This document shows, piece after piece, positions 20,828 through 29,647 of a stretch of DNA of 64,000 nt. A model generated the notes under the pieces. That model saw nothing but the letters and a program-made list of their open reading frames with translations, made no database searches and was not told the origin of the DNA. Source of the DNA: Candidatus Omnitrophota bacterium (GTDB taxonomy: Bacteria > Omnitrophota > Gorgyraeia > JAFGIU01); assembly GCA_016929445.1 (NCBI GenBank), contig JAFGIU010000005.1, forward strand, positions 12,899 to 76,898, read 5' to 3'. The number at the start of each line of letters is the position of its first letter. Position 1 is the stretch's first letter. The position numbers and the translations under genes are program-made.

Positions 20828-22308
20828 TGCGCTATAAATCGATACGATTTAGAGCCAGCGTTGTATATTCCATCATTCTTCTTAGCGTACTTATGGCCAA
20901 CAGTGCGGCTTTGTTCGAAATCTCCCGCCGGGCCCTTCTCGCCGATGTGGACGACAAGCTCAGAATTTCCGCGGTGGAGCTATCCAATATCATTAATGCC
21001 TATGAGAAAGTAACCTTGTCGGAACGGGCAACAATGCCGGTGACCGTAACAAGAAACCGTATTAGTATCGGCCCACCGGTAGTGAAAAGCGAGGCAAGGA
21101 AGATTATCGACAGTCTCTGGAAATCTCAGTCCGAACTCCTTGATTACAAGGATGACTTCATCCGGGTTATGGATGCGCAGGGACAAGTGGTCATGCAATC
21201 AGGCCAGTTTCCTGACGAGCTTCAAACACAGTTTGACCAGTATTTTGCGGCCTCTGGCGAGGAGACCGCTTTTAAAACGACTATGACTGGAGAGGCCCAC
21301 TTACGGATTGTGCGCTATCCCTTTGTCTCATCCTTTAAGGTTCCCTATGTGATTGAGATCGGGACATCTCTGCGCCGTATTGACGGTATGCTGCGCAAAT
21401 TTGTTGTTGCGAGCGGCATAAGCATTCTCGGTATTCTGTTGCTGACCAGCTTTGTGGGAGGGATTTTTGTATCAAGAATATTGAAACCCGTGCGCCGGAT
21501 TATTGAATCCGCCAACCGAATTAGTGCCAAGGATTTGCATGTGCGTATTCCGGAGGTGGGGGCTGATGAAGAGATATGTTATCTAATCGAATCCCTGAAC
21601 AGAATGATTGAGCGCTTAGAAACATCGTTCTCGCATATTAATCAGTTTAGTTCTCATGTAGCCCATGAGCTGAAGACGCCGCTGGCGATAATTCGGGGTG
21701 AGATGGAAGTGGCGGCAGAACAGGCTAAATCCCCCGAGGACTTTCAAACTGTTGTTCAAAACTGTTTGGAAGAGATACAAAATATTAACCGGATTATTAC
21801 GGATATTTTATTGTTGGCTCGGGTGGATTACCGGCCTGATGTGTTGCAGCTCGAAAGGATAAACCTCTGTGAATTCTTAGGCGAAATATTTGAGCATAGT
21901 CAGGTGTTGGCTGAAGCAAAGGAGATGCGCGTTGAGCTGGAATGTGCTTCTCAGAATGTTTTTGTTCAGGCGGATAAGGTTCATTTGCGACGGTTGGTAT
22001 TCAACCTGGTTAACAACGCGATTAAGTATTCCCCACGGACCAGCCGGATCATCCTCCGGTTGGAGAAGGAAGGCAAGGAAGCCGTTGTTTCCGTGCAGGA
22101 CTTTGGAATGGGAATATCCGAAAAAAATGTGCTCAAGATTTTTGACCAATTCTACCGGGTTCCTCAGGAAAGCGAAGAGATCGAACCCGGAACAGGCTTG
22201 GGACTGAGTATTGCTCAAGCCATTGCAAGAGCCCACCGGGGAAGACTTTGCGTAAACAGCCAGCTCGGTGCAGGTTCGACCTTCATACTTCATTTGCCGC
22301 TCGCCTAG
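20827..22308 (+). CDS. Membrane sensor histidine kinase (HAMP-HisKA-HATPase)
   Basis: Two TM segments, VAHELKTPL, NLVNNAIKY, D.GMGI, GTGLGL. Confidence 0.95.
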   Translation: MRYKSIRFRASVVYSIILLSVLMANSAALFEISRRALLADVDDKLRISAVELSNIINAYEKVTLSERATMPVTVTRNRISIGPPVVKSEARKIIDSLWKSQSELLDYKDDFIRVMDAQGQVVMQSGQFPDELQTQFDQYFAASGEETAFKTTMTGEAHLRIVRYPFVSSFKVPYVIEIGTSLRRIDGMLRKFVVASGISILGILLLTSFVGGIFVSRILKPVRRIIESANRISAKDLHVRIPEVGADEEICYLIESLNRMIERLETSFSHINQFSSHVAHELKTPLAIIRGEMEVAAEQAKSPEDFQTVVQNCLEEIQNINRIITDILLLARVDYRPDVLQLERINLCEFLGEIFEHSQVLAEAKEMRVELECASQNVFVQADKVHLRRLVFNLVNNAIKYSPRTSRIILRLEKEGKEAVVSVQDFGMGISEKNVLKIFDQFYRVPQESEEIEPGTGLGLSIAQAIARAHRGRLCVNSQLGAGSTFILHLPLA

Positions 22309-22351
22309 TCCGGCAGGCGGCCTCCTTTCCCTTCGCAGGTTCCCTGGAAAA

Positions 22352-22406
22352 ATAAGAAAAATTTAACCTTCGTCTAACCCTCCTTTAAGGATCCCTTTGA
22401 TATGCT
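22352..22406 (+). promoter_or_regulatory. OmpR-type direct-repeat box plus extended -10
   Basis: ATAAG/TTAAC/CTAAC/TTAAG at exact 11-bp spacing (22352, 22363, 22374, 22385), then TGATATGCT. Confidence 0.6.
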
Positions 22407-22426
22407 TTGCCTAAAAGGAGGGTGAG

Positions 22427-22822
22427 ATGGCCAAAATCCTGGTTGTGGACGATGAAAAGCGAATCCGCGAGACCTGCGCGATCTACTTTGCTGACCGGGG
22501 GCATGATGTATTTCAGGCGTCGGATGCGGTTTCGGGATTTAGTGTCGTAGACAAGGAAGGCGTTGACTTAGTGCTTTTGGATTTGAATCTGGGTGAGATC
22601 CAGGGGGATACGCTCAATGATGTGATAGCCAGCTTTCACCCTAAGGTGTTGGTGGTTGTAAGCAGCGTATTTCCGGTGGAGGACCAGAAGGAATTCGTAT
22701 CGGACGCCGACGAATATCACGATAAGGCGGACGGATGGGCTGTGTTGGAGAAAAAGGTGAATCGTCTCCTAAATATTGAGGATCAGAAAGCTGCAGAGCA
22801 GCAGAAAGGGGTTGAGAAATGA
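22427..22822 (+). CDS. Single-domain response regulator (receiver)
   Basis: KILVVDDE, VLLDLNL, DEYHDK. Confidence 0.85.
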   Translation: MAKILVVDDEKRIRETCAIYFADRGHDVFQASDAVSGFSVVDKEGVDLVLLDLNLGEIQGDTLNDVIASFHPKVLVVVSSVFPVEDQKEFVSDADEYHDKADGWAVLEKKVNRLLNIEDQKAAEQQKGVEK

Positions 22823-23493
22823 AGAGGACTGGAATGTGGGTAGGGATAGCGAGTGTCCTCTTGCTGGCCTTTATGTTTGAGGCCGTACGCTTAATCTGGG
22901 TCGAAAGCGCGTTTGCTAATTCCACGGCTGTCCCGGTGAACGTGAATACGTCTGTGAATCAGGACTCTGTCACAGGGGATCCAATGGAGAAAGCGGGAGT
23001 GCACGAGTGGGATCCCTTCTCCGAGATGCAAAGCATTTGGGAAGAGATGGCTGCCATGCAACGCAGAATGGAGTCGGTACTGGCTAGTCATCAAATGTTT
23101 CCGGGCCCCGGCGTAGAGGGTCTTAGTTTCTCGCCGCGGGGCGGATTCTTTGATCCGGATGTAGAGATCCAGGAAACAAAGGGAGCATACACCGTCAAGG
23201 TGGATCTGCCTGGTATGGAGAAAGACAAGATAGACGTTCAGGTGACGGACAATGTGCTGCGGATCTCGGGCGAGCGTGACCGCACGGAAGAGAGCCGCAA
23301 CGAGGATGAAGGCAACTACTTCTATCGAAGCGAGCGCACTTTTGGGTCCTTTAGCCGGCAGATTCCTCTTCCGGAAAATGTGGACACGTTGAAAGCAAAG
23401 GCCGAGTACAAGAATGGCGTGTTACTCGTTACTCTTCCCAAGCTTCAGCCGTCGGGTCAGGAAAAGCAAGCTACCAAGGTACCGGTTATCTAG
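22819..23493 (+). CDS. Hsp20/alpha-crystallin protein with N-terminal signal/anchor
   Basis: Hydrophobic leader ending AFA; DLPGM.K, ER.FGSFSRQI.LP, AEYKNGVLLVTLPK. Confidence 0.9.
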   Translation: MKRTGMWVGIASVLLLAFMFEAVRLIWVESAFANSTAVPVNVNTSVNQDSVTGDPMEKAGVHEWDPFSEMQSIWEEMAAMQRRMESVLASHQMFPGPGVEGLSFSPRGGFFDPDVEIQETKGAYTVKVDLPGMEKDKIDVQVTDNVLRISGERDRTEESRNEDEGNYFYRSERTFGSFSRQIPLPENVDTLKAKAEYKNGVLLVTLPKLQPSGQEKQATKVPVI

Positions 23494-23530
23494 ACAGCAG
23501 AAAGTAACTTTAAGTGACAAGGAGGACAAA

Positions 23531-23983
23531 ATGAGTTCATTTTCGTGGAGTGTGATTGATGAGATGGAACGGATGAAAGCGGAGCTGGACAGGGTTCTGA
23601 ATGGCCTGAATTATTCCGGATTCCGGTCCGTATTGCCGGGGTCATCGGCGAGAAGGTACCCGCTGTTGAACGTTGCTGATGACCGGGAGGAATTTGTTGT
23701 CGACGCATTGGTGCCCGGAGTCGAGCCGGCGTCTATTTCGATAACCGTGGCTGGAGACCAGCTTCATGTTGGAGGAGAAAGGCTTTCGATTTCCGAGAAA
23801 GTAAAATCCGAAGCGATTCACCGGAGCGAACGGCCTGCGGGCAAGTTTAGTCGTTCCATTACGCTTCCGGCTGAAGTCGATCCGGAGAAAGTAACAGCCA
23901 ACTGCAATAACGGACTGATTAGGATCAGACTGCCTAAGTCCGAGCGGGCAAAACCCAAAGCAATCGACGTTAAAGTGGGCTAA
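23531..23983 (+). CDS. Hsp20 family small heat-shock protein
   Basis: YPLLNV, ERPAGKFSRSITLP, NGLIRIRLPK, IDV motif. Confidence 0.93.
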   Translation: MSSFSWSVIDEMERMKAELDRVLNGLNYSGFRSVLPGSSARRYPLLNVADDREEFVVDALVPGVEPASISITVAGDQLHVGGERLSISEKVKSEAIHRSERPAGKFSRSITLPAEVDPEKVTANCNNGLIRIRLPKSERAKPKAIDVKVG

Positions 23984-24024
23984 GTCGTGATGCGAGAAGA
24001 ACGTCAAAGAATGGAGGGAGTGAG

Positions 24025-24441
24025 ATGAGCAAGGATATTACTACCACGAGTTCAGATACATCTTTGTTGCCTCAAAGTGTAGAAAAGAAAGACTTGTCAA
24101 CTCGAGAGGATTCGAGATATGTGGCACCCCCGGTGGATATCTACGAAAACTCCGATGGGTTGACTATTGTGGCTGACTTGCCGGGAGTGGCTAAGGAATC
24201 AGTCAATGTCAGAGTAGACAATGGGATACTCACCTTGGAATGCCCTTGTTCATATGAGATATCCGAAAACACAGTCCACCATGAATTCGATCTGGCAACG
24301 TTCTACCGCCAGTTTCAACTTGCGGATGAAGTGGACCAGGAAAGAATCAGTGCCGATCTCAAATATGGAGTGTTGACCATTCAGTTACCCAAAGCGGAGA
24401 AAACCAAGCCGAAGAAAATCGAGGTGAAGGTGGTTTCCTGA
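24025..24441 (+). CDS. Hsp20 family small heat-shock protein
   Basis: PPVDIYE, ADLPGV, GVLTIQLPK, KIEV. Confidence 0.93.
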   Translation: MSKDITTTSSDTSLLPQSVEKKDLSTREDSRYVAPPVDIYENSDGLTIVADLPGVAKESVNVRVDNGILTLECPCSYEISENTVHHEFDLATFYRQFQLADEVDQERISADLKYGVLTIQLPKAEKTKPKKIEVKVVS

Positions 24442-24483
24442 ATTGATCAAGAAGTGGACTAGAGGCACAGAGAGGAGGAGGAA

Positions 24484-24972
24484 GTGAAAATGAAGAAAGA
24501 ACTATTGCCAGTTCAATGGTCGTCCTCTTTGGCCAGCCTGCGGGATGAGGTGTCTACCACTTTTAGCCGGTGGGTGAGCAGGTTGCGCCGAGAAAAGGAG
24601 ATGTCCTTATCCGGTACTTCGAATGCTGATTGGCCGGGGTGGAACGGACCCTCGGTCGATGTGGAGGATGAGGGCAGTGACATAGTTGTCACGGTGGAGC
24701 TGCCGGGGATGGACAAAAAAGATTTCAGCGTGGATCTTGACCGGCAAAAACTTGTAATCCGGGGAGAAAAACGAAATAGCCGGAAGGAAAAAGGGAAGGG
24801 ATACCAGTATACTGAATGCAGTTACGGAGCTTTCCATAGGGCGGTCCCTCTGCCTTGTGAAGTGGCGGAAGACAGGGTGCAGGCCACATACAAGAAGGGC
24901 GTGCTCAAAGTGAAACTTCCCAAAATGGCTTCAGCGGCGGGTCGTCAGATCCCGGTGAATGTGGGAAGATAG
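24484..24972 (+). CDS. Hsp20 family small heat-shock protein
   Basis: PSVDVED, ELPGMDK, YGAFHRAVPLP, YKKGVLKVKLPK. Confidence 0.93.
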   Translation: MKMKKELLPVQWSSSLASLRDEVSTTFSRWVSRLRREKEMSLSGTSNADWPGWNGPSVDVEDEGSDIVVTVELPGMDKKDFSVDLDRQKLVIRGEKRNSRKEKGKGYQYTECSYGAFHRAVPLPCEVAEDRVQATYKKGVLKVKLPKMASAAGRQIPVNVGR

Positions 24973-25019
24973 AGAGGATTAGAGCCCCCGCAATTGCGTG
25001 CAATGTGTGGAGTATACTG

Positions 25020-25694
25020 ATGAAAAAGGTCCTTTTGGGACTTGCACTACTTGCGTTCGTTTTGACCGGAGTGTGCCAGGGCGAAGAGACATCTCTTCGC
25101 CCTATCGACGGGCACACATGGGCGGGGGAGAGAAGCTTTTTGACGGGGTACTCTTCCGGCAATGAGGACGGAACGGTCAATATGGTTGTGGAGATTCCGG
25201 CCGGGACCAACGAGAAATGGGAGGTCAAAGGGGCTGCGGAGAACCCTGAAGGCTATCTCAAGCGGGATTTTGCGGACCAGATCCCCCGGGTTGTCCAATA
25301 TTTGCCTTATCCATTCAATTACGGGATGGTCCCCAATACAGTGCTTTCCGAAGAGTCGGGCGGGGATGGGGATCCGCTGGATGTTGTGTTTCTCGGGAGC
25401 TCTTGCCCTCGAGGTTCCGTGGTTAGTGTCGCACCTATTGGTGTGATTAAGCTTGTGGATCGCGGTGAGACAGATGACAAGCTCATTGCCGTGGCGCCGG
25501 ACGGTATCTTTGGCGGGATTCATTCGATCCAGGAATTGGATGAAGGTTTCCCGGGGATTACTGCCATTATCGAAACATTCTTTCTGAACTACAAGGGGCA
25601 GGGGAAAATGACCTCCGGGGGTTTTGCAGGTCCTGAGGAGGCCCAGAAGCTCTTAAATTCCGCACTTGTCGACGGTGTACTATTCTCGGATTGA
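25020..25694 (+). CDS. ppa: Family I inorganic pyrophosphatase with signal peptide
   Basis: VEIPAG, YPFNYG, DGDPLDV, D.GETDDKLI; leader MKKVLLGLALLAFVLTG. Confidence 0.85.
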   Translation: MKKVLLGLALLAFVLTGVCQGEETSLRPIDGHTWAGERSFLTGYSSGNEDGTVNMVVEIPAGTNEKWEVKGAAENPEGYLKRDFADQIPRVVQYLPYPFNYGMVPNTVLSEESGGDGDPLDVVFLGSSCPRGSVVSVAPIGVIKLVDRGETDDKLIAVAPDGIFGGIHSIQELDEGFPGITAIIETFFLNYKGQGKMTSGGFAGPEEAQKLLNSALVDGVLFSD

Positions 25695-25764
25695 GGCCCG
25701 GATATCCTCAAACGGAAGTGAAAATCACGCATTGTATGCTGATCAACGGATAGGATAAATCAAA

Positions 25765-26346
25765 GTGATTGAATCTTTTTGGCTGTGCTTCATTCCCTTG
25801 CTGGTGGCCGTGGATGCCCTCGGCGTTCTCCCGATGTACATGAAGATTACCGAGGGTGTGGATAAGGAACGGCTAAAGCGGGTTCTGACCCAATCGATGT
25901 GGACGGCTCTTCTGGTCGCGTACGGGTTTCTTTTTGTGGGAGAGGCTTTTCTTAATGCGCTCAGCGTGACGGCAGGGGATTTCATGATTGCAGGTGGTCT
26001 TCTTCTTCTGTTGATTTCAATCAGCGATTTGTTGCTCGGCGAAAAGATTCAACGCAAAGTGGATGGAGACACCCTTGGAGTGGTTCCTATTGGAGTTCCG
26101 CTGATTGTCGGGCCGGCCGTGCTGACAACGATCCTCCTGGTCAGCCATCAGTATGGACAAGCGATGACCGCACTTTCGATTGCCATCAACATCGCTCTTG
26201 CGGGCCTGACTTTCTTCTTTGCGCCGGTGATCGACCGCTTTGTCGGCAAGTCGGGTATGAAGGCAATATCCAAGATTGCCAGTTTGGTGTTGGCCGCTAT
26301 TGGTGTACGGATGATTCGCCGGGGGGTCGAGGTCTTTCTGTCCTAA
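25765..26346 (+). CDS. MarC family membrane protein
   Basis: IAGGLLL, VVPIGVPLIVGPA, LAAIGVRM. Confidence 0.9.
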   Translation: MIESFWLCFIPLLVAVDALGVLPMYMKITEGVDKERLKRVLTQSMWTALLVAYGFLFVGEAFLNALSVTAGDFMIAGGLLLLLISISDLLLGEKIQRKVDGDTLGVVPIGVPLIVGPAVLTTILLVSHQYGQAMTALSIAINIALAGLTFFFAPVIDRFVGKSGMKAISKIASLVLAAIGVRMIRRGVEVFLS

Positions 26347-26428
26347 CCATGAAAACAACACGTTTGGGCTGAATTCCCCCTGGAGCAGCTTCGAGAAGCC
26401 GTCTGAGTGATACGGGCCTGGACAGAAC

Positions 26429-26896
26429 TTACTTCAAAGGCATCCACACTTCGGTCCGGAGTGCTTCAGGTGCCGTAATCTCTGGATTGTTTAAATAGAC
26501 CTCGATGCAGGGGCCTTTGTTCCAGGTCCGGCCGGAATCCGGTAACCACTCTTCGAACAGTTCCTCGTAGGTGTAAAGCAGGTCTTCATAAGGGCCTTCG
26601 TGGATTACGACGGCATAGTCCCCGGCCGGTATTTCTTTGATGGTGATGTCTCCCTCACCCTGGACCTCCGGTCCCACGCTCACGCAGGCATCGTAACGAA
26701 TTTTGTCGGCAGGCACCTTGTCAGGGTCGTCGTAGGCAATGCCCAAATAGGTGGAGTTCTCAGAAAGAAGGCCCTTGGGCCCGGCCCAACTCATCAACTT
26801 GTCCCAGGCGGGTTTGCTCTTCGCATAAGGGCCAATGTGGCGAACACTCGCCACTCGAATCGCTTCCTTTCGTACCGCTTGAATCTCAGCCATCAA
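26429..26896 (-). CDS. GyrI-like small-molecule-binding protein
   Basis: RHIGPY, YDDP...RYDAC, H.GPY..L, EVYLNNP...LRTEV. Confidence 0.9.
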   Translation of the reverse strand: MMAEIQAVRKEAIRVASVRHIGPYAKSKPAWDKLMSWAGPKGLLSENSTYLGIAYDDPDKVPADKIRYDACVSVGPEVQGEGDITIKEIPAGDYAVVIHEGPYEDLLYTYEELFEEWLPDSGRTWNKGPCIEVYLNNPEITAPEALRTEVWMPLK

Positions 26897-26916
26897 AGTC
26901 TCCTCTGTATGATATC

Positions 26917-26972
26917 AGGGACGGGTCTCGCCTACCCCTGTGACTCCAACGAGTTCCATGAGAACCGTCCCC
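26917..26972 (+). repeat. 56-bp REP-like palindrome, copy 1
   Basis: AGGGACGGGTCTCG...GAGAACCGTCCCC; six related copies in the window. Confidence 0.85.
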
Positions 26973-27069
26973 AAGATGTGTCCTTAGGCTACCACAGAGG
27001 GATGCAATGAGAAAGAAAGTGTGGCAGCAGATCTAATATTTTGAAGCCACTTTAATAAAAGTAAATTTG

Positions 27070-27100
27070 GTGACACCCGCCTCTGTTTCTCCTCGTCTAA
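27070..27100 (+). promoter_or_regulatory. Putative ECF-sigma promoter GTGACAC-N17-CGTCTAA
   Basis: Same motif and spacing recur at 28654-28684. Confidence 0.7.
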
Positions 27101-27122
27101 GCAGTGAAAGGAGGAGCAATCC

Positions 27123-27563
27123 ATGATTCGATCTGTTTCCAGAATTTCCGCAGTGCTGATCCTTGTTGTCGCAAGTGTTTCCCTGGCCGGTTGCCAAACC
27201 AGTGGGGCGTACGGACGCCGGGCTCCGGAAAGTGCTGTGTTTGGCAGTCTGTTTGGCGCCGGTGTTGGGGCTATTGCCGGCCATCAATCCGATAGCACAG
27301 CCGAAGGTGCTTTGTTAGGTGCTGCCATCGGCGGAGCGGGCGGCTATATGATTGGGAACGAACAGGACAAAGATCAGCTCTATGCGGAAACAGCCCAGGC
27401 GCGGCGCGACGCCAATATCGTGGTTATCAACGTACAAAACAGCAATGGTTCGATTACGCCGGTAACCGTACAGCGCCGGGGTAATATCTACGTTGGGCCC
27501 AGAGGGGAACATTATTTCAATCTGCCTACAGAGGATCAACTGCGGCCTGTCTACGGATTTTGA
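27123..27563 (+). CDS. Glycine-zipper lipoprotein with a conserved C-terminal domain
   Basis: Lipobox LAGC; GAGVGAIAG...GALLGAAIGG; C-terminus shared with the next gene. Confidence 0.8.
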   Translation: MIRSVSRISAVLILVVASVSLAGCQTSGAYGRRAPESAVFGSLFGAGVGAIAGHQSDSTAEGALLGAAIGGAGGYMIGNEQDKDQLYAETAQARRDANIVVINVQNSNGSITPVTVQRRGNIYVGPRGEHYFNLPTEDQLRPVYGF

Positions 27564-27599
27564 CATGCTGTCATTCAGCCACGGAGGAAAGGAAAAACA

Positions 27600-28019
27600 A
27601 TGACTCACACAAAGACTCTCAGAGGTGTTTCAGCAGGACTGGTGATCGGGCTTCTGGTGTTGTTGAGTGCAGGGGATGCATGGGCGGGTTCCTGCAATTG
27701 GAGAGGGTGGAATGGATGGAGAGGAAAGAATGCGGATCACAGTCCGCGCCGTGCATACCGCAACCGCATCCAGGTTATCAAAACCGTTGAACCTATCTAC
27801 CAACTTCAAGACTGCAATGTCGTGCGGAGGCAGAGAAGTGGCCTTAACAGGACAGTGGTCATCAATATACCGAATGATAACGGCAGCTTTACCCCGGTGA
27901 CTTTGCAGCAGGAGAACGGGGTCTATATAGGGCCCAGAGGCGAGCAGTACCTGAACATGCCTACGCTCGATCAGCTTAAGGCCGTGTATGGCCTGGACAG
28001 TCAGATTGCCAGGCGGTAG
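27600..28019 (+). CDS. Exported protein paralogous to the C-terminus of the upstream lipoprotein
   Basis: Signal ending AWA; VVINIPNDNGSFTPVTL...YIGPRGEQY..PT.DQL..VYG. Confidence 0.75.
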   Translation: MTHTKTLRGVSAGLVIGLLVLLSAGDAWAGSCNWRGWNGWRGKNADHSPRRAYRNRIQVIKTVEPIYQLQDCNVVRRQRSGLNRTVVINIPNDNGSFTPVTLQQENGVYIGPRGEQYLNMPTLDQLKAVYGLDSQIARR

Positions 28020-28032
28020 AGGAGTGCGGAAA

Positions 28033-28088
28033 GGGGACGGTTCTCACGGAACTCGCTGCAGTGTAAAGGGAAGGCGAGAACCGTCCCT
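28033..28088 (-). repeat. 56-bp REP-like palindrome, copy 2
   Basis: GGGGACGGTTCTC...GGCGAGAACCGTCCCT, inverted relative to copy 1. Confidence 0.85.
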
Positions 28089-28117
28089 GAAATGCGGGGT
28101 CGCGCTATAATGCACAG

Positions 28118-28684
28118 ATGCACGACGCGGCCGTTGTCCAGGAAGTTCTTTCCGGTCACCCTGATGCTTATGCCACCTTGGTGGCCAGGCATCAGGGGCC
28201 GTTGCGCCGTTACTGCTATTCTGTATTGGGAAACCAGACGGACGCCGATGATGCTGCCCAAGAGGTGTTCATCAAGGCGTACAAATCCCTCAAGAGATTT
28301 CGGGGCCAATCCAAATTTTCCACCTGGCTTTATCGAATCGCCGTGAATCACTGTAAGGACCTTCTCAGACAGAAAGGGCGCCGGCCGGCCTTCTCCTGGG
28401 AGCAGCTTGTGGAGAAGGAGGGGGAAAAGGCAGAGGTTTTGGCCCTGGACCCCACGAATCCCCGCGAAGAGATGGAGAGAGCCGAACTGCGGGATCGGAT
28501 TTTGGGGCAGCTGAGTGAGGATTACCGCCAGGTCTTGACACTTCGGGAGGTGGAAGGCCTTAGCTACGCGGAAATTGCGGAAATCCTGGATTCTTCCCTG
28601 GATTCGGTCAAAGCGAAGCTGCGCAGGGCCCGGTCGGAACTCCGGGATAAACTGGGACACTTCCGGACCCCCGGAAACGTCTAA
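28118..28684 (+). CDS. ECF RNA polymerase sigma factor (RpoE/SigW-like)
   Basis: DADDAAQEVFIKAY, FSTWLYRIAVN, EGLSYAEIAEIL...VKAKLRRAR. Confidence 0.93.
   Translation: MHDAAVVQEVLSGHPDAYATLVARHQGPLRRYCYSVLGNQTDADDAAQEVFIKAYKSLKRFRGQSKFSTWLYRIAVNHCKDLLRQKGRRPAFSWEQLVEKEGEKAEVLALDPTNPREEMERAELRDRILGQLSEDYRQVLTLREVEGLSYAEIAEILDSSLDSVKAKLRRARSELRDKLGHFRTPGNV
28654..28684 (+). promoter_or_regulatory. Putative ECF promoter GGGACAC-N17-CGTCTAA inside the sigma gene 3' end
   Basis: Matches 27070-27100; positioned to drive the anti-sigma/Spy-like/RND genes. Confidence 0.65.
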
Positions 28685-28693
28685 AGTTCAGAA

Positions 28694-28748
28694 GGGTGTC
28701 AGGCACCACAGTCTAATTGAGATGCTTCACAAGTGGTGCCTGACACCC
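28694..28748. repeat. Second REP-like palindrome family (16-bp perfect inverted repeat)
   Basis: GGGTGTCAGGCACCAC-N23-GTGGTGCCTGACACCC. Confidence 0.7.
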
Positions 28749-28768
28749 GGTCAACCAGGAAATGAGTT

Positions 28769-29248
28769 ATGTCACCACACATATCCGAAATCGATCTAAA
28801 CACCTATTTTGACGGCGAATTGCCTGAGCCGAAGGCCGGGGAAATTCGTGCCCATCTTGAAAGCTGCGAGTTCTGCCAAGAGCGCTACGAAGAGCTAAGG
28901 GCTCTATCGCAGGCGCTGTTTTCCACGGCGCCCTGGAGTGAAGACAATGCTTTTGTCGAGGGGGTGATGGATCGGGTCCGGCAGGAAAGCGCCCCCGCCA
29001 CACGGCTGTGGCAGTTCCCGGCGTTGAGAATCCCGGATTGGACCTTGGATTTAGGATGGGCGGCAGCCCCGGTCCTGGCTCTGGGGCTTTTCCTCTTTGT
29101 CGTCAACGGGAACGGCGCAGAATTGCCTGCCACGGGCTTGAATCTTTTTTCACAGAATAGCGGCCAAAACACAGCTGTTGATGCATTGCTCGAGGACAAT
29201 TGGGATGCGGGAGACGTCCTCGAATATACTCTAGGAGAGTGGTCATGA
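28769..29248 (+). CDS. Zinc-finger (ZAS, zf-HC2) membrane anti-sigma factor
   Basis: YFDGEL...HLESCEFC (HxxxCxxC) plus one TM segment. Confidence 0.88.
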   Translation: MSPHISEIDLNTYFDGELPEPKAGEIRAHLESCEFCQERYEELRALSQALFSTAPWSEDNAFVEGVMDRVRQESAPATRLWQFPALRIPDWTLDLGWAAAPVLALGLFLFVVNGNGAELPATGLNLFSQNSGQNTAVDALLEDNWDAGDVLEYTLGEWS

Positions 29249-29643
29249 GAAACTTACGCCTGCAACGTTTGGCAATCTTGATTGTTGTATTTTTGTTGGG
29301 TTTGAGCCTGGGTTGGGTTGGGGGGAAGAACCAATCCATGAGCCACAAGAAGTGGCATGATCCTCAACAGAGGCTTGAGCATTTCAGCAGGGCGCTTAAT
29401 TTGAATGAACAGCAGGCAACGCAGCTCCAAACCATCTTGAATTCAAAGCGGGAGCAGTTCCGCGGTCTCCGGGAGCAAATGAAACCGCAGATGGAGGCCT
29501 TGCGCGAGAAGACCAACGTGGAGATTCTGAGTATGCTCAATCCGGAACAGCAGGAGAAATATAAAGCGCTGGAGGCTGCCCGGCAGGATCATCAGGCTCG
29601 ACGCGGGAATAGACATCAGCGCATGGAGTGGGAATCCAAATAG
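29245..29643 (+). CDS. Spy/CpxP/ZraP-like periplasmic protein
   Basis: Signal/anchor; LNLNEQQ and LNPEQ (LTxxQ-like) motifs. Confidence 0.7.
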   Translation: MRNLRLQRLAILIVVFLLGLSLGWVGGKNQSMSHKKWHDPQQRLEHFSRALNLNEQQATQLQTILNSKREQFRGLREQMKPQMEALREKTNVEILSMLNPEQQEKYKALEAARQDHQARRGNRHQRMEWESK

Positions 29644-29647
29644 ATCT

